Source: a virus (lineage: Duplodnaviria; Caudoviricetes). From it: 45,040 nucleotides of DNA. The stretch is from positions 1 through 45,040 of the IMG/VR virus record IMGVR_UViG_3300032290_001263, one strand, 5' to 3'. How positions within the stretch are numbered: the stretch's first letter is position 1; each line of letters starts with the position of its first letter. Positions 29,684 through 38,568 of the stretch are shown piece after piece. The notes under the pieces were generated by a model. That model was given only the letters and a program-made list of their open reading frames with translations. It searched no databases and was not told the DNA's origin. The position numbers were made by a program, and so were the translations under genes.

Positions 29684-29921
29684 GCTTAGTTCAGAACAAC
29701 TGTATTCTGTTATTTACGATGACGATAGAAACGTGTTGTATCCAGAATGCTACCTAATGAACGGTAGTCAGGTTCTAGCAACTGTAAAACTATTTGGTAC
29801 TAGTTGCGGTGTAAGTTATGGCTTTGAAGAACCAGAGTCAGACACTAGAAAACATTGGATTGTCTATAACATTGTTATGGAAAATAATAAGCTCTTCTCA
29901 GATTCTTACCAAAGGATGTAG
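29670..29921 (+). CDS. Hypothetical protein
   Basis: ATG after AGGAG, overlaps upstream gene. Confidence 0.6.
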   Translation: MSNIELSSEQLYSVIYDDDRNVLYPECYLMNGSQVLATVKLFGTSCGVSYGFEEPESDTRKHWIVYNIVMENNKLFSDSYQRM

Positions 29922-30155
29922 GTGACTGCTATGGATCTCATAACGCTAGAAGAAGTCGGAGTTAGATATGTTCATTGTGAAGCAAGTTTCTATTCTCCGG
30001 GCTATACAGTTTGGAAACTTAGAAGATGCAATCTAGAATATGGATCAACTGATACATGCTATGTTGCAATATTAGGGACAAATACTTCCGATAAGTTCAT
30101 TAAGCTTTTAAGTTATTGGAATCGCACAGAAGAATGGGTTTACGGCCCGGCGTAG
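29922..30155 (+). CDS. Hypothetical protein
   Basis: 77 aa abutting upstream stop. Confidence 0.55.
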   Translation: MTAMDLITLEEVGVRYVHCEASFYSPGYTVWKLRRCNLEYGSTDTCYVAILGTNTSDKFIKLLSYWNRTEEWVYGPA

Positions 30156-30333
30156 ATTGATTGATTTATAATTCTAAGCCTATCCCTAATCTTTGGGATG
30201 GGCCGACTTTGTCGGCCTCGCTACATATATTTTACCCTTTTATTATCTATCCTACCGGTGGCTGTTAATTCAGCTTTCTGTTAGGAATGTTTATCCATTG
30301 GGATAATCACCGGTTAGATAATATCTTATTGCA

Positions 30334-30540
30334 TTATCGTCCTACGATTAGATTATCGAGGGTATGCAATTCTGCGAACTCATTGCTTCCGCGATAGGGT
30401 GCATAGCTATAACAAATAATGTTAAAGTCTCCCATATCTCGCCAAACCTTCATTCTACGACCGGTACTAGCGATAGTAACCGGTGTATCTTTAGCGATAG
30501 GTTGTCGCTGGGTTCGTTCTTGAGCAATCGTTTCCGACAT
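30334..30540 (-). CDS. Hypothetical protein on the opposite strand
   Basis: 68 aa, AAGGA RBS, leftward promoter TTGACA-N16-TATAAT at 30632-30605. Confidence 0.7.
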   Translation of the reverse strand: MSETIAQERTQRQPIAKDTPVTIASTGRRMKVWRDMGDFNIICYSYAPYRGSNEFAELHTLDNLIVGR

Positions 30541-30717
30541 AATAAATCCTTCTGGCCAAGCCAGTGTAGAAGAAAAAAAATAAACAGGTGTTTGTTACGC
30601 TTTAATTATACCATTGCTTTCGGGCTTGTCAAGTCATCGGGCAAATTTTTCGTCAACTTGTCTAAATGCCCGTGTAGTTTTCTATCTTGTCTATTTACCT
30701 TTTGTTAGGTTTCCTTT

Positions 30718-30809
30718 ATTATAACAGGCCCGAACGAATTGTCAAGCCCCATTTTAATTTTATTTTTTTTCTTCCATATCCTTGACATGGCGAATAGTCG
30801 TGGTAAAAT
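30718..30809. promoter_or_regulatory. Back-to-back divergent promoter pair
   Basis: Leftward TTGACA-N16-TATAAT (30745-30718) and rightward TTGACA-N16-TAAAAT (30782-30809) around a T-rich core. Confidence 0.8.
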
Positions 30810-30853
30810 AATCGCATCGAAACAAACGATATCTTACTCTAACGGAGACGATT

Positions 30854-31552
30854 ATGCAGTTATTGACTAAGGGTGATTCATCGCCTAAGATTGCTAAAAG
30901 TAATGATGCCGGATTAGGATACTACAGTGGTATTCTATATCTTGCACCACACAAATTGTCCGGATACAATACTTGTGCTAGTGCTAGCGATGCATGTATT
31001 GCAGCTTGCCTTAATCTTAGTGGTAGGGGTCGCATGAATAGTGTTCAGCAAGCCCGTATTGCACGAACGAAGTATTTCTTCGAGGATAGAACTAAATTTA
31101 TCGACCAACTATATGATGAAGTCGATGCATTTGTTCGCCGCTGTAATAAGCTCAAGCTCAAGCCCGCATTGCGTCTTAATGGCACCAGCGATATAATGTG
31201 GGAGCAAGTAGTACCAAAGTTGCACTCGGATTTTCCTAACGTGCAATGGTACGATTACACGAAGATTTACAACCGTATGCTTCGTTTTATTCATGGAGAA
31301 TTTCCAAGCAATTATCACTTGACATTTTCTCTTTCCGAAGTAAACTTTGACAAGTCGCTCGACGTTCTAAAGCGTGGTGGTAACGTAGCAGTCGTATTCC
31401 GTAATAAGGATATTGGGCCGGGCTGGTTAGGTTATAAGGTACACAATGCCGATAAAACTGACCTACGGTTTTTAGATCCTCATGGCTGGCAAGGATTGTA
31501 TGCCAAGGGAAAAGCAAAATATGACCGTAGCGGATTCGTCGTGGAGAACTAA
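30854..31552 (+). CDS. Gp88-like phage protein (three-Cys cluster, radical-SAM-like)
   Basis: NTCASASDACIAACLNLSGRG, RLNGTSD, YDYTK, NYHLTFS, DLRFLDP, GLYAKG. Confidence 0.7.
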   Translation: MQLLTKGDSSPKIAKSNDAGLGYYSGILYLAPHKLSGYNTCASASDACIAACLNLSGRGRMNSVQQARIARTKYFFEDRTKFIDQLYDEVDAFVRRCNKLKLKPALRLNGTSDIMWEQVVPKLHSDFPNVQWYDYTKIYNRMLRFIHGEFPSNYHLTFSLSEVNFDKSLDVLKRGGNVAVVFRNKDIGPGWLGYKVHNADKTDLRFLDPHGWQGLYAKGKAKYDRSGFVVEN

Positions 31553-31615
31553 TGTCAATAATACTAGCTGGAATACTACTACTGATTATTCATCACTATA
31601 TTGATTAGTTGGTTT

Positions 31616-31689
31616 GGGAAGTTAGCTCAGGCGGTTAGAGCACGGTTCTTATAAAGCCGGGGTCGTTGGTTCAACTCCAACACTTCCTA
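31616..31689 (+). tRNA. tRNA-Ile(TAT)
   Basis: GGGAAGT/ACTTCCT acceptor, GCTC/GAGC, CGGTT-CTTATAA-AGCCG, GTTGG-TTCAACT-CCAAC; no encoded CCA. Confidence 0.9.
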
Positions 31690-31728
31690 CTTTTAGATTT
31701 TTAGGTACTATTTTTTGGAGTTTAGGAT

Positions 31729-32226
31729 ATGAAGATTCACGATGTATTGGCTAAAATCGATTCTGCTAAAATTGTTAGCTTGCGAACCAAGACACAATGT
31801 AAACTACTCGCAAAATCAAAGGTAGAGTTTCCGCAAGGAGTAACCAAGATTTCACTACGCAATGGAATCATTGGTGCAAGCTACGAAAACGCCGTAAACA
31901 ATAAGCTTGAACGCGAAGGCGAACTGCCGGACTTCAAAGCAGAATCGCTCTGGAAGGGCCGGGGACGTAGAGTTAGTAAATTCATCGTACAGCATATGGA
32001 CACGCAAAAGCAGTATCTAGCTTTTCTTCCAAAAACTAATGCTGACGGGCACAATATTACAAAGTCGATTTATATCGACAATGCTACCGGGCTTGAAGTA
32101 CCATACAACAATGTTGAAAAGTATATTCCAAGCTACGGCTATAGCTCGTCAGTTGTTAACTGGCAAGTTATCGAACTTTCTAATGTTATTGGTTTGAAAT
32201 CAGGCGATATCGAATTCAATGCTTAG
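31729..32226 (+). CDS. Hypothetical phage protein
   Basis: 165 aa with GGAG RBS. Confidence 0.75.
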   Translation: MKIHDVLAKIDSAKIVSLRTKTQCKLLAKSKVEFPQGVTKISLRNGIIGASYENAVNNKLEREGELPDFKAESLWKGRGRRVSKFIVQHMDTQKQYLAFLPKTNADGHNITKSIYIDNATGLEVPYNNVEKYIPSYGYSSSVVNWQVIELSNVIGLKSGDIEFNA

Positions 32227-32233
32227 AATTAAT

Positions 32234-32368
32234 GTTTCATTCGTATAGTGGTATTACACTATGTTTGTAAGTTTATAGTATTGATTAGTCACCAATATTT
32301 ACTTTCATATACAATCCTGACTAGATTAGTATATTCATAGGACGGGTGTTCGATTCACCCATGAAGCT
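32234..32368 (+). ncRNA. tRNA-like RNA with 72-nt structured insert in anticodon loop
   Basis: GTTTCAT/ATGAAGC acceptor, GTA-TAGTGGTAT-TAC D-arm, CTATG/CATAG stem, GGGTG-TTCGATT-CACCC T-arm. Confidence 0.75.
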
Positions 32369-32374
32369 TTAAAA

Positions 32375-32623
32375 ATGTCACTACATAGATTAACAGATGA
32401 ACATCCATTATCAAAAAAGCTCGAAAAATTATTCGGGCTTATGGATGAACTTGGGATAAGATTCCATTTTGATGCTTTACTTATAGAAGTAGAGTACGAG
32501 TCCAAGCTTTATAGGCTTATGGATTTAGAAGCACGGCATTGCGATGGTTTATCCAAGGTAGATATATTGCCACCATATATGGAATATAAACTACTGTACG
32601 AAAAATTCGAAAAGGAAGATTAG
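32375..32623 (+). CDS. Hypothetical protein
   Basis: 82 aa, co-oriented. Confidence 0.65.
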   Translation: MSLHRLTDEHPLSKKLEKLFGLMDELGIRFHFDALLIEVEYESKLYRLMDLEARHCDGLSKVDILPPYMEYKLLYEKFEKED

Positions 32624-32624
32624 A

Positions 32625-32849
32625 ATGAATGTTTGGGTGCTTACACGAGAACACAATGATTACGATCAGCATGGAGAATACTTCGTAGCTATTTTTAGAT
32701 GTAAGCCTACGCGAAATGCTATTGGAAATGTTTTAAATATTGATCATAAGCGTGGTGAAAAACTCATAGATCATATTCTTGCTGGCGGTGGTCGTCGTGA
32801 TATCGAAGATGAATGGTATCACCTAAGAGAAGTAGAATTTTCTGAATAG
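32625..32849 (+). CDS. Hypothetical phage protein (WVLTREHNDYDQHGEYF motif)
   Basis: 74 aa, AAGGA RBS, followed by terminator. Confidence 0.75.
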   Translation: MNVWVLTREHNDYDQHGEYFVAIFRCKPTRNAIGNVLNIDHKRGEKLIDHILAGGGRRDIEDEWYHLREVEFSE

Positions 32850-32854
32850 ATTCT

Positions 32855-32888
32855 AGCCCGTTGCATTTAGTTGCTTCGGGCTTTTTTT
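32855..32888 (+). terminator. Intrinsic terminator
   Basis: AGCCCG...CGGGCT plus T-run. Confidence 0.75.
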
Positions 32889-32904
32889 ATTTCTCTGTTC
32901 TGAA

Positions 32905-33325
32905 TTGTCCGAATAATTCGGACTCGCACAATCTATTTTAAACTAGAAACGTCCGATCTAATCTGTGCGGTATTCACTCTCCGCGAGTTTATCTGGTTGG
33001 ATACCTGATCCTGCCAGATTGGGTAGACTTGGGGAACAAGGAATGTTTACCTTATTACTCTCTATAGCTATACCTTTTATTCGGTATCCAACACAGCCGA
33101 GGCGTTCTCCAACGTTGCTCGGAATTTTTTTGTTATAGCCTAGAAAGATTTAGCGTTTGCGAGACGCTCTGGTTGTCACTGCTCAAGGCAGCACTTTATT
33201 GGCACTATCTAATGCCGCACCCCCATTCACATTACATTGTTATTTCTCTTGGTTCCTTTTTGTTCTTGGACAGAACGGGCGAAAGCTCCAACGCAACGCA
33301 ACCCAGTTTGTAATGTAGAATGAAA
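32905..33325. ncRNA. Candidate structured ncRNA (~420 nt)
   Basis: No ORF; helices 32996-33005/33083-33092, 33224-33236/33309-33322, GGGC-GAAA-GCTC and several hairpins. Confidence 0.5.
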
Positions 33326-33422
33326 AAAGTAACAGTATGCCGGAAACCCATTCACATGCATATGTTCGTCCATCCTTATTATAACACTGAAACGCAGTGA
33401 AATCAAGTGTTTTCGGGCTTTT

Positions 33423-33629
33423 TTAGAGAATTTCCCGCATTAATTTAACAAATTTTATAGAATTTAGGCATAGATCGCCCGTAATAGATTCAATTATGGA
33501 TGTTTTACAGTCAAAACATATGTTAATGACCGTGCTTTTAGGCTTTTCCAGCCCGGTTTGCCCCCAATTATATAAATTAGGGCGATATTTCTGTAGTTGT
33601 TTTTTCTCTCCACAAACTTCACATTCCAT
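33423..33629 (-). CDS. Small Zn-finger-like protein
   Basis: 68 aa, CEVC...CFDC. Confidence 0.55.
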   Translation of the reverse strand: MECEVCGEKKQLQKYRPNLYNWGQTGLEKPKSTVINICFDCKTSIIESITGDLCLNSIKFVKLMREIL

Positions 33630-34029
33630 GCATATATTATAGCAAGATACTGCCTAAAAATTAGGCAACCCTAGAAAATTTTATAGTACACGCATATACT
33701 TCGAAACACGGTGTTTTTACGTGTATTGTTTAAACATAGCTTATGGCGGAATAATTAACATTAGCAGGCCCGCAAACTTTAAAATTGTCCGAGAGCAATA
33801 TATGCAAAAACATTGGGTTTTTTGATTTTAGGTGTTTTTTTTGGAAGGGGGATATAAACTCTGACGGTAGATTATTAAAAATGCACAATGGCGTAGATTC
33901 TTCCCATGACTACTATTTTTTTACTTCTACACAAAAACCGTAAAGCCTTACGCCACAACGACTTACGAAAAACAGTAAAAAAAACTTGTACAAGCACTTG
34001 CATTGCGAAAATGCTCTGGTATAATAATG

Positions 34030-34263
34030 GCATGAAAACGATCACCACAAAACAGCTAGCAAACACTAGCAAGACAACTAGACAGAACCTTTTCCTTCAA
34101 TATTTAGACTTCCAAAAGAGCAGAATATCAAGGAAAACACAGGGATTTTGTTGGTGGGGTATGTATCAAAGACTTACAACACCCCCACCCCCCACTTCCC
34201 ACGAGTTCTGCTTATTTCTCTTATGTTTGTTATTTGTTTATTGTTTATTTTGTTGGGTTTTTT
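34030..34263 (+). ncRNA. Candidate structured RNA (~230 nt)
   Basis: Strong promoter 33998-34025; C/A-rich 5' half pairs with G/T-rich 3' half; two internal hairpins. Confidence 0.45.
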
Positions 34264-34439
34264 GATATTTCGATAAAAAAGTTTTTACGAATCACTTGAC
34301 AAGAAACTTTTACGATGTAAAATGGTGATGTAAACAAAAGACAGTGGTTTTACCAATGTTTTTATTGATGAAACGAGTTGTTTCTTCAAACGATAGGTAC
34401 GATTTTTTTACTTTCATTTAGTCTTAGGAGACTTAAATT

Positions 34440-34715
34440 ATGGCAAAGACCAAGAATTCTGTCGGAATCGAAACGTTTGTTCAAAAGTGGATGGAGCATG
34501 TTCGCAGCAAGTCTACCATCGAAGCACTCGCAGCAGAGTTGCAACAAAAGCCCGCAAGCGTTTACCAGCGTTCTCGTGACGTATCGCAAAAGCTTACGGA
34601 GAAAGGACTTACGAAGCTTCCTCCCCTTCCTATGGGTGTCCGCAAGGAGCGTACCTTTGACGTAGACAAGCTTGCACAATTGCTAGGATGCTCACGAACT
34701 GAGCAGCAAGCCTAG
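34440..34715 (+). CDS. Small HTH-like DNA-binding protein (putative)
   Basis: TIEALAAELQQKPASVYQRSR; AGGAG RBS; promoter 34296. Confidence 0.6.
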   Translation: MAKTKNSVGIETFVQKWMEHVRSKSTIEALAAELQQKPASVYQRSRDVSQKLTEKGLTKLPPLPMGVRKERTFDVDKLAQLLGCSRTEQQA

Positions 34716-34852
34716 TATTTAATCAATCGTTTGCATAATAACCCGGCAGTTTAACATACTGTCGGGTGGAATGCCCGACTTAACACCTAGTTGTGCTATA
34801 CAGTTTTTTCCCTGAAAATGGAACGCTTCGCTTATCTTATTACTTAGTAAAA

Positions 34853-35062
34853 ATGCAAAACCAAAAAGATTTGATTAACGATATTAAGAATTCGTGGTAT
34901 GAAATATCAAGACTATCTTTGCACGTACACAAAGACCAATTGCTACAAAGTGATTATCCTTTAAAGTGTCGTTCAATGCAAATAGATACAATCATTAGGC
35001 TTGCAGAAAATATCAAGAAAAATCATCAAGAAATTTCAAATAATAGCATAGAATATACATAA
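34853..35062 (+). CDS. Hypothetical protein
   Basis: In-frame ATG (MQNQKD) of track ORF; TAATG coupling to next gene. Confidence 0.5.
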   Translation: MQNQKDLINDIKNSWYEISRLSLHVHKDQLLQSDYPLKCRSMQIDTIIRLAENIKKNHQEISNNSIEYT

Positions 35063-35367
35063 TGTCAAATATTAAAGGTGTTAGAATCTCAATTGATGAA
35101 ATCTACGAATACTTTGATGATTACAATATTAAAGTTTTAGATAACTTAGATAATAGCACTGAATTTGTTAAGGCTTATATAGCTATTGACGGAATTCAGG
35201 TTACAATTCATCGATCATACAAAAAATATGAATACACAAAGACTAAATCTAAAACTATCTCTTTTTGTTTTGCATATAGTCAACTGCTTGATTCTAATTG
35301 TTATATAACTTTTCTTGAAGAAAAAATGAACTACTACTTGACAAATCTGAGAGAAGAAGTAAAATAA
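35062..35367 (+). CDS. Hypothetical protein
   Basis: 101 aa, translationally coupled. Confidence 0.65.
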   Translation: MSNIKGVRISIDEIYEYFDDYNIKVLDNLDNSTEFVKAYIAIDGIQVTIHRSYKKYEYTKTKSKTISFCFAYSQLLDSNCYITFLEEKMNYYLTNLREEVK

Positions 35368-35372
35368 ACGCC

Positions 35373-35792
35373 ATGAAAAAAACAGAAATACTTGCAAGAT
35401 TTTTTGAATCTATAAATAATGATACCAATAGCTTTTTTGAAACTGTTAAAGTTGGCGACTTTGTAGATTCTGACGAGGATGCTTTCTATCTCAGCGGGCC
35501 TCAGTATAAAACTAAAAATAAGCTCTATGAGGTCAAGGAAATTGATATCCGTAGAGATGAAAACGGTAAAATATATTCTAGGACTGTAATTGTAGAAGGC
35601 GATTACCAAAACCATAAAACTAAGATAAATTTAGTATGGTTGTCAGCCACTAGAGTTATATATAGAGATAAAAAATTGATATGGGAATCCAGCAGGCAAA
35701 AATCTTCAAAACTATTTCTCGAAACATACTGCAAGGGGCTTTCAAGCCCTGAAATAGATGCAATCAAAAACAGCATTTATGTGGAAATTTAA
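35373..35792 (+). CDS. Hypothetical protein
   Basis: 139 aa, co-oriented operon. Confidence 0.7.
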   Translation: MKKTEILARFFESINNDTNSFFETVKVGDFVDSDEDAFYLSGPQYKTKNKLYEVKEIDIRRDENGKIYSRTVIVEGDYQNHKTKINLVWLSATRVIYRDKKLIWESSRQKSSKLFLETYCKGLSSPEIDAIKNSIYVEI

Positions 35793-35793
35793 A

Positions 35794-35985
35794 ATGAAAA
35801 ACAAATCTGAAATTGAAAAAATGGCAGAGGCCCGTGTACTTTTAATAGCCGCAAGAGATATTCTTGAAACTGCATTTCGTAAAATGCGTGAATGTGGAAT
35901 GTCAAGCGATATCCATCATAACACATGCTATTTAATTGATAGCCAGATTTCTTGGCTGATAACTAAGGGAAATGATAAGACTTAA
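35794..35985 (+). CDS. Hypothetical protein
   Basis: In-frame ATG (MKNKSE) just after upstream stop. Confidence 0.55.
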   Translation: MKNKSEIEKMAEARVLLIAARDILETAFRKMRECGMSSDIHHNTCYLIDSQISWLITKGNDKT

Positions 35986-36098
35986 TAGTTTATGTTGTAT
36001 TCGCACTAAGAAAAATGCGAAAGACTTCTTGACAAAAACGATTGATGCCGTAAAATAACAGCACTATTGCAGTTCATTACTCTTGCGGATTTTTTAAA

Positions 36099-36443
36099 AT
36101 GATTGTTTATAGAATAGAAAAAAACGGTCTCGGGCCTTATCGTGGTAGGAAAGAAAACAAAAATACTACTAGACTTGATCATAAGTTATCAAGTCATTCA
36201 GCATCTTATTTGCATCCTACTTGTCATGCTGAAATAACTAATTTTGATCATGAAAAACACATATGCGGCTTTTCTTGCATTACAAAATTAAAAAAATGGT
36301 TTCATGGATCAAGATCAGAACTACGAAGAAACGGGTATTCGCTCGTACTATATAAAGTAAGCCCCGCCGAGGTTTTTCATGGAAATCTACAGCTAGTATT
36401 TCCAAAAGATAGCGAAAAAATAAAAGAAATAAAAATCCCGTAA
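36099..36443 (+). CDS. Hypothetical phage protein (VYRIE...GPY...HP...CGFS...WF)
   Basis: 114 aa after promoter 36029. Confidence 0.7.
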   Translation: MIVYRIEKNGLGPYRGRKENKNTTRLDHKLSSHSASYLHPTCHAEITNFDHEKHICGFSCITKLKKWFHGSRSELRRNGYSLVLYKVSPAEVFHGNLQLVFPKDSEKIKEIKIP

Positions 36444-36490
36444 AGTCTTGACAAAAGCGGTTTACGTCTTATAATAAATAAGGAAACAAA

Positions 36491-36760
36491 ATGGTCATAA
36501 TAATGTATTTTGAAGAAGATAAAGACTTAGTTCAACGTGCTATTGATTTACTTGCGGATAATATATTTGGTCATTTGAAAATCAAACCTTCAATTGAAAT
36601 AGAAGAAGATCCGTTATATTATGATAATGAAACTTGCGTTAAAATAGAATACATCAACAGTTCAATGCCGTCAGAACAGTGTTGGCATATTTTTAGTCTA
36701 GCATCTGATTTGAGTCATGCTTTTATAATTGGTTATGTTGAAGGATTCAAAAGTAAGTAA
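36491..36760 (+). CDS. Hypothetical protein
   Basis: 89 aa after promoter 36448. Confidence 0.65.
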   Translation: MVIIMYFEEDKDLVQRAIDLLADNIFGHLKIKPSIEIEEDPLYYDNETCVKIEYINSSMPSEQCWHIFSLASDLSHAFIIGYVEGFKSK

Positions 36761-36775
36761 AAAGGTAATAACTAA

Positions 36776-37108
36776 TTGAATAAAATGACAAACGAACAAA
36801 AACTTGTTAACCATAATAGCATTGTATTTGTTGGAAAACCAACCGATGCACTTCTTTCTGTAGTGAGAATGGAACCACCACTACATATGTATCCCGGAGA
36901 TTTTTTTGAACATGCTTGTTCTCAAAAAAATGCAGTTTATTCAAACAATATGGATTTTGTTAGATTCTATCCTCATGAACAAGTCAAGGTTTGCTGGGAA
37001 GGACATGTAAAATCTATTACAGAACATCCAAAATATGAAAAATGGAAGAACGAAATGGATTCCGGAGAAATGGTTAGTTTTTTCGGGGCTAAATGGGTAG
37101 AAGAATGA
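36776..37108 (+). CDS. Hypothetical protein
   Basis: 110 aa, co-oriented. Confidence 0.65.
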   Translation: MNKMTNEQKLVNHNSIVFVGKPTDALLSVVRMEPPLHMYPGDFFEHACSQKNAVYSNNMDFVRFYPHEQVKVCWEGHVKSITEHPKYEKWKNEMDSGEMVSFFGAKWVEE

Positions 37109-37407
37109 TATTAATATTTGAATACAATTGGGGTAGCGAGCAATGCTATGGAACTTCTATATTTCCAGTAGAATACTCTTCTAAAGATGATCTACTTTTA
37201 GATTTTGAGATTGCTTGTATTGAAGCTCATGAGAATAATAAAGATTTTAATTTCTTTGGAGATTATTATCTTTTAGACTTATCTGACTTCATTTATTACG
37301 ACTATCAAATTGGAAGAAAAAAATTCCAATATGTATCTCCCGAAGTATACACTCTAGAAGAATGGCTAGAAAGATTTACTTTAAAAGTAAAAAATACAAA
37401 GGAATAG
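37105..37407 (+). CDS. Hypothetical protein
   Basis: ATGA overlap with upstream stop. Confidence 0.6.
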   Translation: MILIFEYNWGSEQCYGTSIFPVEYSSKDDLLLDFEIACIEAHENNKDFNFFGDYYLLDLSDFIYYDYQIGRKKFQYVSPEVYTLEEWLERFTLKVKNTKE

Positions 37408-37409
37408 TT

Positions 37410-37670
37410 ATGAGATCAGAAGATTATATCAACCGAATGAAAACTACTCTTCCGAATGAAGAGTATGCTTCTAAGCTTAAACGTCCCGATGGATTAGCAA
37501 CTTCCATTCATAGAAGCGATTTAGATAATTGCGAAGTAATATTGACTATAGTAATTACATATATGTCCGGCATAAAGTTACAAGTATGCGGAAGAAATTC
37601 TGGCGTATGGAAATCTCTAGAAGGCATCCCATGCTATTTTGCAAATTTCCGTTATCGCGTTGAACAATAA
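37410..37670 (+). CDS. Hypothetical protein
   Basis: In-frame ATG (MRSEDY) after AAGGA. Confidence 0.55.
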   Translation: MRSEDYINRMKTTLPNEEYASKLKRPDGLATSIHRSDLDNCEVILTIVITYMSGIKLQVCGRNSGVWKSLEGIPCYFANFRYRVEQ

Positions 37671-37705
37671 CTTGACAAAACTCTTTTTCATGGTAAAATA
37701 CTGAA

Positions 37706-38128
37706 ATGAAAGAAAAAATTAAAGTAACGATTGATCGTAGCAAGTGGCGTACTGGATTAAATGGAACATCTGCTTCTGGTCGTGGAGATACATATCTTTT
37801 AAACGACGAAGGGTTTATGTGCTGTCTTGGTTTTTGTAGTTTAGCAACAGGCGTTTCTAAGTCAGAAATGCTCAATGAGCCACTTCCGGACTGGGTTCGC
37901 ATTAAAAATAAAAAAAATATCAACGGCTTTGATTCTTTAGTTTATATAAACGAAAATCTTGAATATACGAGCACAGATCTTAGTTTTAAGGCTGCTAAAA
38001 TAAACGATAGCCCTGATGATCGAGCGACCAAAGAACAGCAATTACTAGAACTATTTAAAGATACTGAGTTTGACATAGAATTTATCGGAGAGTACACACC
38101 GTTTGAATGGATTAAAAAGGATATATAA
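37706..38128 (+). CDS. Hypothetical phage protein (MCCLG motif)
   Basis: 140 aa; ATG 7 nt after -10 box (leaderless candidate). Confidence 0.75.
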   Translation: MKEKIKVTIDRSKWRTGLNGTSASGRGDTYLLNDEGFMCCLGFCSLATGVSKSEMLNEPLPDWVRIKNKKNINGFDSLVYINENLEYTSTDLSFKAAKINDSPDDRATKEQQLLELFKDTEFDIEFIGEYTPFEWIKKDI

Positions 38129-38376
38129 TGAATCGAGATTATAATGTAGTCGATTTCGCTTATGATATCATAAGTATGCATAAAGAAATTAGTTTCTTGA
38201 AAAGCGAACTCAAGTATTATAAAGAAGCGACAGAAGCACGAGATAAAGATTTAGAAGAATCTCGCAAGCACTTAGAACATATGCATATTTCTCAAATAAG
38301 AATGCTACTTACTCCGGGCGTTGTAGACAATCTAGTGAAAAATGATTTTGCAAACGTTGACAATGACAAAAGTTAA
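38128..38376 (+). CDS. Hypothetical protein
   Basis: 82 aa, TAATG coupling. Confidence 0.65.
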   Translation: MNRDYNVVDFAYDIISMHKEISFLKSELKYYKEATEARDKDLEESRKHLEHMHISQIRMLLTPGVVDNLVKNDFANVDNDKS

Positions 38377-38394
38377 GTTATAATAAAAGCATAA

Positions 38395-38487
38395 GAGTCG
38401 TTGGTGTATTGGTAGCATTGCAGGTCAGCGGGAAACCGTACCGGAGAGACGTTGCCGGGGGAGTAGGTTCAACTCCTACACGATTCT
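38395..38487 (+). ncRNA. tRNA-like RNA with anticodon arm replaced by branched GAAA-capped arm
   Basis: GAGTCGT/ACGATTC acceptor, GTGT-ATTGGTA-GCAT D-arm, GTAGG-TTCAACT-CCTAC T-arm; GCGG-GAAA-CCGT inside; promoter 38357. Confidence 0.7.
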
Positions 38488-38568
38488 TTTGCGTAACATC
38501 ACGCAAGAAAGGCTTGAAGGTGTCAAATGGAAATGCCAGATAAGCAGATGTTTGTGAGGCTGGTAAAT

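Noticed and set aside
30364-30708. 114-aa plus-strand ORF
   Set aside because: Overlaps the minus-strand gene that has a clear promoter and RBS.
32264-32335. Purine riboswitch, hammerhead or group I intron as identity of the tRNA insert
   Set aside because: Lacks the purine-aptamer junction consensus and the CUGANGA/GAAA core; far too short for group I.
36099-36443. ADP-ribosyltransferase call from YR...S...Q pattern
   Set aside because: Motif too short to support without a profile or structure search.
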